Of a DNA stretch of 34,916 nt, positions 1 through 8,247 are shown piece after piece (position 1 is the stretch's first letter; each line of letters starts with the position of its first letter). Position numbers and translations under genes: made by a program. Source of the stretch: Pseudomonadota bacterium (GTDB lineage Bacteria > Pseudomonadota > Alphaproteobacteria > Rhodobacterales > Rhodobacteraceae); assembly GCA_039198835.1 (NCBI GenBank), contig JBCCTH010000001.1, forward strand, positions 1 through 34,916, read 5' to 3'. The notes under the pieces were generated by a model, which saw nothing but the letters and a program-made list of their open reading frames with translations, did no database searches and had not been told where the DNA came from.

Positions 1-261
1 GGCGACCGTGGCGCAAGAGGACCCAAAGGCGAAATAGGCGATCGCGGCGAGCAGGGCGAGAAAGGTGAGCGCGGAGAGCGCGGGCCCAAGGGCGAAAAAG
101 GTGATCGCGGCGAGAAAGGCGAACAAGGCGATCGCGGCGAGAAGGGTGAAAAGGGCGATAAGGGTGACACCGGACCGCGCGGACCCAAAGGCGATAAGGG
201 CGATAAGGGTGACAAGGGCGATAAAGGCGCGCCCGGCATGCCCGGAATGCCCGGCATGGGC
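1..261 (+). repeat. 9-bp-period coding repeat (Gly-X-Y collagen triplets), including GDK x4 at 190-225
   Basis: GGN codon every 9 nt; ggcgataag-type units in tandem. Confidence 0.9.
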
Positions 262-822
262 GGTGGCAAGAACATCGATATCGACATCGACATCGATGTG
301 GACTTTGACGTCGATGTCGCCATCAACCGCGGCGGTGGCCATTGCTATGGCGGCGGCGGCGTGAAGGGCGGCTCGGCAGATTTCGGTAGCGTGATGCAGA
401 AGATCACCTCTGAGATCAACGAGCTCATCGAGCAGCTGAAAGCCGCGATCTCGCAGATCATCACCAAGTTCCTGGAGCAGATCCAAGGCATCATGGATTC
501 CATGAAAGGTATGAACCAGATGGGTTATACCTACATGGGCAACATGGGCGCCATGGGCGGCGGGCATGATTGCAACACAGCCGCCGACAAGAAGCAGGCG
601 CTGATCGACTCCATGAAGAAAGAGATGGGCGGCACGGCCGACTCCATGCCTGACATGATGGCCGGTTCCATGAACCAGATTCAGGGCATGATGGTCAGCT
701 ACGCTCAGCGTCCGACAGATATGGGGGCCACGGATCTGCGCAAAGGCGCGGACGCCGTTCTCGATCAGCTTGGCCGCGATCTCATCGCCAAGGCGGAATG
801 GCAGCTCAAGACCGCAGCCTAA
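1..822 (+). CDS. Collagen-like (Gly-X-Y repeat) protein with Met/Gly-rich C-terminal region, 5'-partial; T3SS-associated
   Basis: Frame 1 is open from base 1 and reads [21 protein letters not shown]...[15 protein letters not shown], about 28-29 uninterrupted triplets. It continues in frame into track ORF 238..822 ([15 protein letters not shown], an amphipathic helix, a Met-rich tail). The true start lies upstream of the window. Confidence 0.85.
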   Translation, partial: GDRGARGPKGEIGDRGEQGEKGERGERGPKGEKGDRGEKGEQGDRGEKGEKGDKGDTGPRGPKGDKGDKGDKGDKGAPGMPGMPGMGGGKNIDIDIDIDVDFDVDVAINRGGGHCYGGGGVKGGSADFGSVMQKITSEINELIEQLKAAISQIITKFLEQIQGIMDSMKGMNQMGYTYMGNMGAMGGGHDCNTAADKKQALIDSMKKEMGGTADSMPDMMAGSMNQIQGMMVSYAQRPTDMGATDLRKGADAVLDQLGRDLIAKAEWQLKTAA

Positions 823-833
823 GGCGCAGGTTA

Positions 834-864
834 GCTCCGGGCGGGACATCCTTTCGCCCGGGGC
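834..864 (+). other. GC-rich stem-loop after the collagen-like gene (terminator or mRNA stabiliser)
   Basis: gctccgggcg (834-843) pairs with cgcccggggc (855-864) with one G-U pair; no clear U-tract follows. Confidence 0.5.
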
Positions 865-877
865 ACCAATCCTTCGA
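853..877 (+). promoter_or_regulatory. PIP/hrpII-box-like direct repeat TTCG-N16-TTCG
   Basis: TTCG 853-856, 16-nt spacer, TTCG 873-876, upstream of the 943 ORF in a T3SS cluster. No clean YANNNT -10 at the expected 30-32 nt spacing. Confidence 0.35.
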
Positions 878-942
878 TGCGTCCGAAACGGTCGTGCGCG
901 TCAAACCACGCAACACTAGCTCATGAACTCAGGAGAAAAATC

Positions 943-1119
943 ATGGCTCAAGTAAATCAGGCTGGTGCAAACCAGGATATCCAGGGCTCGGAAGAAAACC
1001 AGGAAGCGCTCGAGCAGCGTTTTCAGGACCTCTACGTCGCGATGATGGAAAAGAAAGTGTCGTTCAAGGAGGCCACAGAGCCCTTCCGGACCGACAACGA
1101 GAACTCCTCGAAGGGCTAA
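943..1119 (+). CDS. Small 58-aa T3SS-associated protein; candidate needle/pilus subunit
   Basis: Strong RBS AGGAGA 931-936, ATG 943; MAQVNQAGANQDIQGSEENQEALEQRFQDLYVAMMEKKVSFKEATEPFRTDNENSSKG; lies just before sctV and is flanked by hairpins. Function inferred from size and position only. Confidence 0.7.
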   Translation: MAQVNQAGANQDIQGSEENQEALEQRFQDLYVAMMEKKVSFKEATEPFRTDNENSSKG

Positions 1120-1140
1120 ACGCCCGACAGCAAGATCGCT

Positions 1141-1162
1141 GGAGGCGCCGCGATGCGCCTTC
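1141..1162 (+). other. Stem-loop between the small ORF and sctV
   Basis: ggaggcgc / gcgccttc 8-bp stem with one G-U pair. Confidence 0.4.
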
Positions 1163-1228
1163 GGCACCTCAAATTGTTCCTTTCGGCGCCTTGGGGGCTC
1201 GGTTGCCGTGTTATGAAGGTGGTGGAGA

Positions 1229-3331
1229 ATGCGTAAGGATATTGCGCTTATCCTGTTGATCCTCGCGATCCTCGCGTTGATCGTCGTGCCCCTCGGCCCG
1301 ACGATGCTCGATATATTGCTGTCGGTGAACCTGACGCTCTCGGTCTTGCTGTTGATCGTGGCGGTTTACCTTAAGCATCCGGCGGATTTTCCGACATTCC
1401 CGACTGTCATCCTGCTGGGCACTGCCTTCAGGCTGGCGCTTTCGATCTCGACGACCCGTCAGATTCTTTCAGAAGCGGAAGCGGGCGAAATCATCGAGAC
1501 GTTCGGGACCTTCGTGATCGGCGGGAACATCGCCATTGGTCTCATCGTCTTTCTGATCATCACGGTCTTCCAGTTCCTCGTCGTCACCAAAGGCGCGGAG
1601 CGGGTCGCCGAGGTCAGCGCGCGTTTCGCGCTTGATGCGCTTCCCGGCAAACAGATGTCGATCGATGCGGATCTGCGCGCGGAGGCGATCGACAAGCAGA
1701 CCGCTCAAGAGCGCCGTGAAGCGCTTGCCCGTGAAAGCCAGTTCTTCGGGGCGATGGACGGCGCGATGAAGTTCGTCAAAGGCGATGCCATCGCGGGCCT
1801 GATCATCATCTTCATCAACCTGATCGGCGGCATCTCGGTGGGGATGCTCGTTCTTGGGTTCACCTTCGAGGATGCTGTCGCCACCTACACGCTCCTGACG
1901 CTCGGCGACGGCCTTGTCGCGCAGCTTCCAGCGCTTCTGATGGCGCTTTGCGCGGGTATCGTGACGACCCGGGTCGATAGCACCGAGAACATCGATTTGG
2001 GCTCGGACATCTGGCGCGATCTCGCGAGCGACCCCCGCGTGCCAGCCGCCGCGGCGGGGATCGTTGTGCTTATCGGCCTGGTGCCGGGCTTTCCTTTTGT
2101 GAATTTCGCGGTGGGGGCGGGTGTTCTCCTCTTTGTCTCCTTCTCGATGCGCCAGGTCATCGCGGCGCAAGACCGCAAACTCGCTGAAGCGCCGCCCCTC
2201 GCTGAAGACCCGATGCAAGAGGCCGAGGAAGAAAGTGCCCCGGCTCCGGCGATCAATGAAGGCGTGCGCTCTGATCGGATCGTTTTGCGTATCGGCGATG
2301 AGCTCGCGAGCGAGCTCAACCTCATGCAGCTCGACACGACCGTTCAATCTTTCCTCGCGCGCTATGATCAGACCCGCGGTCTGGCCTTTGACCCCCCTTT
2401 CATCGATATCACGACCCGCAGTGGCCGGCATGGGCGGCTTTTTGAAGTCGTGCTCGATGAAGTGCCTGTTGCGTCCGAGACGATCCCCGAGAACTCTCTC
2501 CTTTTGCGGTGTGATGCGTCGCTGCTTGATGCGCTCGGGTGCGACCCCGACGATGTCAAACGCGTGCGCTGGCATGAATTCGACGGATATTTCGCGCCAC
2601 GCGAGGTTTGGCAGGGCGCGGTTGACGCGCAGCTCACGCCGATCCTCGTGGAAGAGCACATCGCCACGGTTGTGTTCCGGGTGTTTGAAACGAATGTGGG
2701 TGTTCTTTTCAGCGAAGATCACTTCAACCGGTTCCTCGAGCAACTCGCGCGGACATCGCCCCGCCAGCAAGCGCAGCTTGAGGCGCAATCTGACCGCACG
2801 ATCTTCTTCCAGACCCTGCGCTATCTCGCCGAAGATGGTGTGCCGCTGCGCCCGGTGCCGTTCATTGTCGATACCTATCTGACCTGGGTCCAGACCCATG
2901 GAAATGTGGGCGCGCTTGAGCTTTCAGAATACATGCGCGGCTCTCTCAAGCGTCAGATCTGTCATGCCATGGTCGGATCTCGCGACATGCTTGGCGTGGT
3001 TTTGCTTGATCCGGCGATCGAGAGCTACGCGCGCAATGCGGTGATCGAAACCGAAGGGGCCGACAGCCCCGCGGGCAGCGATGGCTTGCCGCTCGCGCCC
3101 CATATCTCCGAAGGCCTTCTGGGCCAGTTTCGCAAGCTCATATCTGGGCTGAGCGCGGATGATCCGTTCCCGGTCGTGATCGCTTCATCGAATATTAGGC
3201 GCAGATTGCGCAATTATCTCTCGGCCAATCGCATCGCGCTGCCTGTCATGGCACCGCACGAGCTTTCGCCCGAAGTCAATGTCCACCCCATCGCCCGGTT
3301 CCGCATGCCGGACATGGATGAGGCGTATTAA
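1229..3331 (+). CDS. sctV: T3SS major export gate protein SctV (LcrD/HrcV/FlhA family)
   Basis: N-terminal TM helices; FHIPEP motifs GAERVAEVSARFALDALPGKQMSIDADL and FFGAMDGAMKFVKGDAIAG; large cytoplasmic domain. Confidence 0.95.
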   Translation: MRKDIALILLILAILALIVVPLGPTMLDILLSVNLTLSVLLLIVAVYLKHPADFPTFPTVILLGTAFRLALSISTTRQILSEAEAGEIIETFGTFVIGGNIAIGLIVFLIITVFQFLVVTKGAERVAEVSARFALDALPGKQMSIDADLRAEAIDKQTAQERREALARESQFFGAMDGAMKFVKGDAIAGLIIIFINLIGGISVGMLVLGFTFEDAVATYTLLTLGDGLVAQLPALLMALCAGIVTTRVDSTENIDLGSDIWRDLASDPRVPAAAAGIVVLIGLVPGFPFVNFAVGAGVLLFVSFSMRQVIAAQDRKLAEAPPLAEDPMQEAEEESAPAPAINEGVRSDRIVLRIGDELASELNLMQLDTTVQSFLARYDQTRGLAFDPPFIDITTRSGRHGRLFEVVLDEVPVASETIPENSLLLRCDASLLDALGCDPDDVKRVRWHEFDGYFAPREVWQGAVDAQLTPILVEEHIATVVFRVFETNVGVLFSEDHFNRFLEQLARTSPRQQAQLEAQSDRTIFFQTLRYLAEDGVPLRPVPFIVDTYLTWVQTHGNVGALELSEYMRGSLKRQICHAMVGSRDMLGVVLLDPAIESYARNAVIETEGADSPAGSDGLPLAPHISEGLLGQFRKLISGLSADDPFPVVIASSNIRRRLRNYLSANRIALPVMAPHELSPEVNVHPIARFRMPDMDEAY

Positions 3332-3344
3332 GGAGGATCACCCA

Positions 3345-4091
3345 ATGCAGTGGTTGCGATCCAAACTGCTTTTGCTTTGCACTCTTTTCGCCCTCGCCGG
3401 CTGTCAGGAGGTGCTCTATTCCGAGCTGTCAGAAGAGGACGCCAACGAGATGGTGGCGCTCCTCGTGCTTTCGGGCATCCCGGCGAGCCGCCAAAACGAT
3501 GCGGGATCAGGATATTCGGTCCTCGTGGAGGAGGCCGATATCGCTGTGGCGGTCACTGTTCTCAAGAATTCCGGTCTGCCGCGCGCCAAGTTTGCCTCCA
3601 TGGGCGAGATTTTCGGCGATGTCGGCGTCGTGGGGACACCGTTTGAGGAGCGCGTGCGCTTTGCCTATGCGACAAATCAAGAGCTTTCGAACACCATTTC
3701 GCAGATCAAGGGTGTCGATAATGCGCGTGTCCATGTCGTGATCCCCGAGAAAAAGCGCTTCGGGTCCACGGATGAGCCCGCGTCTGCCTCGGTTGCGATC
3801 TTCCATGACCGCAGCTTTGAGCCGTCAAGCTATTCGCCGCGGATCAAGACGCTGATCGCCTTCGCCGTGCCTGATCTGGCGATTGAGAACATCTCGCTAA
3901 GTTTCTTTTTGTCGCCGGGCTTTGTGGTTCAGCCGCAGCTTGAAGCAGAGACAGCGCCCGGCGCGGCCATGGCGCAAGGGTATAACCTGCCCGGCGGACC
4001 GGCCGCTTTTCCCTTCTTCGGGGCGCTCCTTTTTCTCGTGCTTCTTTTCGTCGTGCGCCTTGTGATGCTCGCATGGCGCAGGGTCGGCTGA
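3345..4091 (+). CDS. sctJ: T3SS inner-membrane ring lipoprotein SctJ (YscJ/HrcJ)
   Basis: RBS AGGAGG 3331-3336, ATG 3345; lipobox LAGC; LYSELSEEDANEM, GLPR, ELSNTISQIKGVDNARVHV, SASV motifs; C-terminal TM helix; 248 aa, much shorter than FliF. Confidence 0.93.
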   Translation: MQWLRSKLLLLCTLFALAGCQEVLYSELSEEDANEMVALLVLSGIPASRQNDAGSGYSVLVEEADIAVAVTVLKNSGLPRAKFASMGEIFGDVGVVGTPFEERVRFAYATNQELSNTISQIKGVDNARVHVVIPEKKRFGSTDEPASASVAIFHDRSFEPSSYSPRIKTLIAFAVPDLAIENISLSFFLSPGFVVQPQLEAETAPGAAMAQGYNLPGGPAAFPFFGALLFLVLLFVVRLVMLAWRRVG

Positions 4092-4094
4092 CCC

Positions 4095-4718
4095 TTGGCT
4101 GAGGCGCAAACATATCCGTCGCTCAAGCGGTTTCTCGCGCCGAGCCTGGCTGATATCGGCTCAAAGCAGCGCGAGACCTTCGCCAATAGCTTTGGTGATG
4201 CCGCGCTGGGCCTTGCGATCCTGGAAAACAGACGCCTTGAGGAGCGGGTGCTCGAGCAGATCGTCAATAGTGAGTCCGCGCTTGACGCAAAGCAAATTGA
4301 GGGCACGCAAGACGCCGTTGTGATCGAGCTTCTCATGGCGCGTTCTGTGGCCGAACTTGAGCTTCTGATGGGCATGGTCTGGCATAAGCTGACCGTTCTT
4401 GACTGGCTCACCTGGGGGCGTTTGGGGCTTATGCTTCCGGGCGTTGATGGGGTTATCGCACGGATTGCCGTGAGCGCCGTTGATGCTAAAGCGCGCGCGG
4501 ATGCAGGCGCGCCCAACGAAGCGCTTGCAGATCTGCCGCCAAGCCATTTGCGCGAGGATGGCGCGCTCCTTTTGGCCTCGTGGATGGCGTCGCTGTCGCC
4601 CGAGCTTGCCGCCCGGCTTCAGCTCTTCGCCGCGATCGAACCGGGCCACCCCGATGATCGCTTCGCCCGGCTGGTGCAGATTTCAGCGCAGGCGCTTTAT
4701 GCGGCGGGGGCTTCCTGA
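4095..4718 (+). CDS. Hypothetical T3SS protein in the SctK position
   Basis: 207-aa helical ORF filling the gap between sctJ and sctL; TTG start; stop overlaps the sctL start (TGATG). Assignment by synteny only. Confidence 0.6.
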   Translation: MAEAQTYPSLKRFLAPSLADIGSKQRETFANSFGDAALGLAILENRRLEERVLEQIVNSESALDAKQIEGTQDAVVIELLMARSVAELELLMGMVWHKLTVLDWLTWGRLGLMLPGVDGVIARIAVSAVDAKARADAGAPNEALADLPPSHLREDGALLLASWMASLSPELAARLQLFAAIEPGHPDDRFARLVQISAQALYAAGAS

Positions 4719-5389
4719 TGGCGTTTGATAGCGCGGCTCCGATCCGCATCCACAAGGCAACGCTTCTGACCGCGAATGAATACGCCGCCCGGCAAGCCGA
4801 GGCGGAAGACATTCGCGTGGCCAAGTCAGAGGCCGAGCGCATCACGGAGGCCGCTCAGGCAGAGGCCGCCCGGATCGTCGCCGATGCCCAGGCGCGCGCC
4901 GATGAACTGGATGCCGAGATGCGGCGGATCGCCGATCAGGAGCTCGGACGCTTCGTTGAAACCCACGCCATCGACGAAGCCGCGCGCGCCGTGCAGCAAG
5001 TGCTCGAGACCTCAAGCGCGATGAAAAGTGATTTTGACGCGCTGGGGCCATGGTTCTCGGACTTCGTCGAGACCGCGCTCGAACGGATCACCGGTGAATT
5101 GCCCAAGCGCAAGCTTTGGGCGGGCATTATCCGGGAAGGTCTCAAAGACAGCCGCGAGCGCTGGTCGCTCACGCTGCGCTGCCATCCCAAGCTCGTTGAT
5201 CTGATGAACGAGGTGCTTGAGGAAGATGACAAACTCGCCGAGGCCATCGTCGCCGTTGAAGGCGATCGCGATCTCCCGCGCGAGGCGTGTTATCTCGTGA
5301 GCAAGAAGGGCGTTCTCGATATCTCTGTCAAAACCCAGGTGAAAACGCTCGTGCGCGCCATCGAATACATGACCGAGACGCCGCAATGA
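4718..5389 (+). CDS. sctL: T3SS stator SctL (HrpE/YscL/FliH family)
   Basis: Ala-rich coiled coil (AERITEAAQAEAARIVADAQARA); C-terminal LRCHP...GDRDL...CYLVSKKGVLDISV; directly precedes the ATPase. Confidence 0.85.
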   Translation: MAFDSAAPIRIHKATLLTANEYAARQAEAEDIRVAKSEAERITEAAQAEAARIVADAQARADELDAEMRRIADQELGRFVETHAIDEAARAVQQVLETSSAMKSDFDALGPWFSDFVETALERITGELPKRKLWAGIIREGLKDSRERWSLTLRCHPKLVDLMNEVLEEDDKLAEAIVAVEGDRDLPREACYLVSKKGVLDISVKTQVKTLVRAIEYMTETPQ

Positions 5390-6714
5390 CCCTCCCGCTC
5401 CATCTCCAGGAGCGCGCGGCGGCGCTCACCGGCCTAAGGGAGCGTTTGGGCGAGATGACGCTGGCAGAGCCGTTCGGCACGGTCGTGGATGTCAAAGGGC
5501 CGCTGGCGCGTGTGGCCGCGCCTGATTTCCGCGTCGGAGAGATGTGCGAGTTTCTCATGCCCGCCGGTCGCGCGCTTCTGGGCGAAGTCATCGGTCTTCA
5601 GGGTGATTTCACATTGGTGACCCCGCTCGGCCCCATAGAGGGGATCGGGCAGGGGACGATGGTCCGAAAGCGCAGCGAAGGGTTTACCATTCCGTTTTCG
5701 TCGGCGCTGCTCGGCCGCATGGTGACCGGCCTTGGCGAGGTGGTGGGCGAGCCGCTGGACGGGCCTGTGAAACGTGTCCCCGTGAAAGCCGCGCCGCCTG
5801 AGCCAGCCGACCGCGCGCCCATCGATACAGCGCTTCCCACCGGATTGCGCGTCATTGACGGGTGCATGACCCTTGCCCGAGGTCAGCGCGTTGCGGTCAT
5901 CGGCCCGCCTGGCGCGGGGAAATCGACGCTCCTTGCCGCCATCACCGCCCATTCTGATGTCGATGTCGTGGTCTTTGGCCTCATTGGCGAGCGCGGGCGC
6001 GAAATTCAGGAATTCGTCACGCGTAAAATCCCCGACGAGACGCGCCAAAAGCTCGTCGTGGTGGCCGCGCCCGCTGATAAGCCAGCGCTCGAACGGCTTT
6101 ATGCGGCCAATACCGCCACGGCCATCGCCGAGGGGTTCCGCGACCAGGGCAAATCCGTCCTTTTGGTAATTGATTCAATGACGCGGGTTGCCCGCGCCAT
6201 GCGCGAAGTCGGCCTTGCCGCCGGTGAGCCACCCACGCGCCGGGGCTATCCGGCTTCTGTTTTCGCGCAACTTCCAGAACTCATTGAGCGGCCCGGGCCA
6301 GCACCGGTGGGGGAGATCACGGCGATCTACTCGGTGCTGGCCGAGGGAGAGACAAGCTCAGACCCTATCGCCGAGGAAACCCGGTCGCTCGTGGATGGCC
6401 ATATCATCCTCGATGCCAGCATCGCGGCAGGCGGGCGCTACCCCGCCATTAACGTGACCGAGAGCCTGAGCCGCCTTATGGCCGAGGTTGTCGAGGGGCC
6501 GCATCAGCGCATGAATACCGCGATCCGGGCCTGCCTTGCGAAATATGCTGAAATCGAGCTTCTCGTGCAGATCGGCGAATATAGCGCCGGGCAGGACCCG
6601 GAGGCAGATCGCGCGCTCGAACTCTATCCCTATGTGCAAAAGTTCCTAAAGCAGGGCCCGGAAAAGCATGAGTTCGGCGAAACGCTTGAGTGGATGCGGG
6701 AGATGCTGGAATGA
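5386..6714 (+). CDS. sctN: T3SS ATPase SctN (YscN/FliI family)
   Basis: ATGA overlap with the sctL stop; Walker A GPPGAGKST; LIGERGREIQEF; LLVIDSMTRVARA; GEPPTRRGYP; DGHIIL; YPAINVTESLSRLM. Confidence 0.95.
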   Translation: MTLPLHLQERAAALTGLRERLGEMTLAEPFGTVVDVKGPLARVAAPDFRVGEMCEFLMPAGRALLGEVIGLQGDFTLVTPLGPIEGIGQGTMVRKRSEGFTIPFSSALLGRMVTGLGEVVGEPLDGPVKRVPVKAAPPEPADRAPIDTALPTGLRVIDGCMTLARGQRVAVIGPPGAGKSTLLAAITAHSDVDVVVFGLIGERGREIQEFVTRKIPDETRQKLVVVAAPADKPALERLYAANTATAIAEGFRDQGKSVLLVIDSMTRVARAMREVGLAAGEPPTRRGYPASVFAQLPELIERPGPAPVGEITAIYSVLAEGETSSDPIAEETRSLVDGHIILDASIAAGGRYPAINVTESLSRLMAEVVEGPHQRMNTAIRACLAKYAEIELLVQIGEYSAGQDPEADRALELYPYVQKFLKQGPEKHEFGETLEWMREMLE

Positions 6715-7202
6715 GCGGCGCCGTGAAGCTCACCCAGATCCGCGATCTGCGGGCGTTGAAGGTAGACCGGCTCACCGCGCGCGCGATCGATCTGCGCCGC
6801 GCCTTGGTCGCTGCCCAGCGCAATGCCGCAAACATGATCGAGCGCTATCGCGCGCTATGCGCGAGCGAGCCGGAAATGATTGATCGCTTGCTCGATCAAA
6901 CGCTGCGGATCACAGAACCCGCAGCCCGCCTCGCGGCGATGAACCATGCGGTGAACCGCGTGCGCGATGTGCGGGCCCAGGCCTATCGCGAGATGTCGGC
7001 CGCCGAGGCCGCTGTGATGGGCATTGAACAGGACATCAAGGAGACAAGCAGCGCGCTTGCGGAAGCGCAAGCGCATCTCGAGGGCATCGAGCGCGCATGT
7101 CAGGAGGCCGGGCGCAAAGGGCGCGCCCGCGCGGAAGACATCGAAGATGACAACGTCCTCGAAACCTTCGCCGGGCTAAGGGGAACGACCGCATGGGCAT
7201 GA
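6711..7202 (+). CDS. sctO: T3SS stalk protein SctO (YscO/FliJ-like coiled coil)
   Basis: 163-aa charged coiled-coil ORF coupled (ATGA) directly after the ATPase, the canonical position. Confidence 0.7.
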   Translation: MSGAVKLTQIRDLRALKVDRLTARAIDLRRALVAAQRNAANMIERYRALCASEPEMIDRLLDQTLRITEPAARLAAMNHAVNRVRDVRAQAYREMSAAEAAVMGIEQDIKETSSALAEAQAHLEGIERACQEAGRKGRARAEDIEDDNVLETFAGLRGTTAWA

Positions 7203-8236
7203 TCGATATCATCGACATGCGCGGCGGGCGTAGCCAGGCGAAGAAGCCCGTGACGCTCCCAAGCGTCGCGCGCAACGCCGCGGCCCCGCGAGGGGCCGTG
7301 GCGCGGCTCGATATTCGCGGCGAGGTGATCCTCCAGGGGGCAGAGATCGCTTATGAAGCCGCCTATATCGAGCCGCGAACCGCATGCCAGGGCGTTGTGA
7401 TCGATGCTGACATTGGCGGTCTGACTGTCACGCTCGCGCTTGAGGGCGATGCGCTCAGGGCGATCAGGCTTGATCGGCTCGCCGGTCTTTCGCTCAATCC
7501 TGCCTCCATGGCGCTGGCGGTTGAGCACCTTCTGACCTCTGACATCGACTTCTTTGAAGCCGCCAAGGATACCGCGCTCTCGCTGCGCGAGGTGTCACTC
7601 GGCCGGTTTGATACCAGTCAGGCCGTTCTCGCCCTTCGCCTGACCTGGCCCGATGGCACGGGCCTGACAGGCTATGTCTGGTCGCCGGACAATGCCGCGC
7701 TCGCTCGGGCTCTGGCCGAGCGCTTTGAAGCCAAGCGCCGCCCGGAAGCGTCTGGCCCGCGCGTCAGGGCCGCCATCATCGGGCCAATTGCCGAGATCCC
7801 CAGAAAGCGTTTGCGCAAGGTGACGAAGGGGGCTGTCTTTTGCCCTGCGCCCGGCTGGGCAAACCTCGCAGATGAGCTCTTTTTGCTGGTCAAGGGCGAG
7901 CATCTGATCCGCTTGACGCCCCATGGTCATGGCTATGCCACAATGGGAGACGAAACAGACATGCATTCTCTGGGTGGGGGCACCACAGGTGATGACATGA
8001 CAGACACTTCTCGAAAAGGGTCGCTGGCTAATCCCCGTGCCTTGGTGACGGTGGAACTCCATCGCCGTGACATGACCCTGGCCGAACTCAGCGATCTCCA
8101 GAAAGACGATATCCTCGATCTCGATCTTTCCGGCATCGAGACAGTCACGCTCGCGGCGGACGGCAAGCCCTTTGCAAAGGGCAAGCTCGTTCAGCTCGAT
8201 GACGTGCTGGGCGTCATGGTGTCAAAGCTGCTCTGA
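7193..8236 (+). CDS. sctQ: T3SS sorting-platform/C-ring protein SctQ (C-terminal SpoA domain)
   Basis: C-terminal VTVELHRRDMTLAELSDLQKDDILDL...VTLAADGKPFAKGKLVQLDDVLGVMV; precedes sctR; alternative start at 7199. Confidence 0.88.
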   Translation: MGMIDIIDMRGGRSQAKKPVTLPSVARNAAAPRGAVARLDIRGEVILQGAEIAYEAAYIEPRTACQGVVIDADIGGLTVTLALEGDALRAIRLDRLAGLSLNPASMALAVEHLLTSDIDFFEAAKDTALSLREVSLGRFDTSQAVLALRLTWPDGTGLTGYVWSPDNAALARALAERFEAKRRPEASGPRVRAAIIGPIAEIPRKRLRKVTKGAVFCPAPGWANLADELFLLVKGEHLIRLTPHGHGYATMGDETDMHSLGGGTTGDDMTDTSRKGSLANPRALVTVELHRRDMTLAELSDLQKDDILDLDLSGIETVTLAADGKPFAKGKLVQLDDVLGVMVSKLL

Positions 8237-8247
8237 GCGCGCGGCCC

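Noticed and set aside
1-261. CRISPR array or non-coding VNTR
   Set aside because: The 9-bp periodicity with variable wobble positions and no unique spacers indicates a coding collagen repeat.
65-364. 99-aa Ala/Arg/Lys-rich ORF
   Set aside because: Shifted-frame shadow of the Gly-X-Y repeat in frame 1.
895-930. Rhizobial tts box upstream of the small T3SS ORF
   Set aside because: Only GTCA matches; the rest of the TtsI consensus is not recognisable.
1469-2899. 476-aa antisense ORF (and similar long antisense ORFs such as 13821-14957, 15079-15942, 27325-28128, 30256-31191)
   Set aside because: Antisense shadows of well-supported genes, expected in high-GC DNA; no recognisable motifs.
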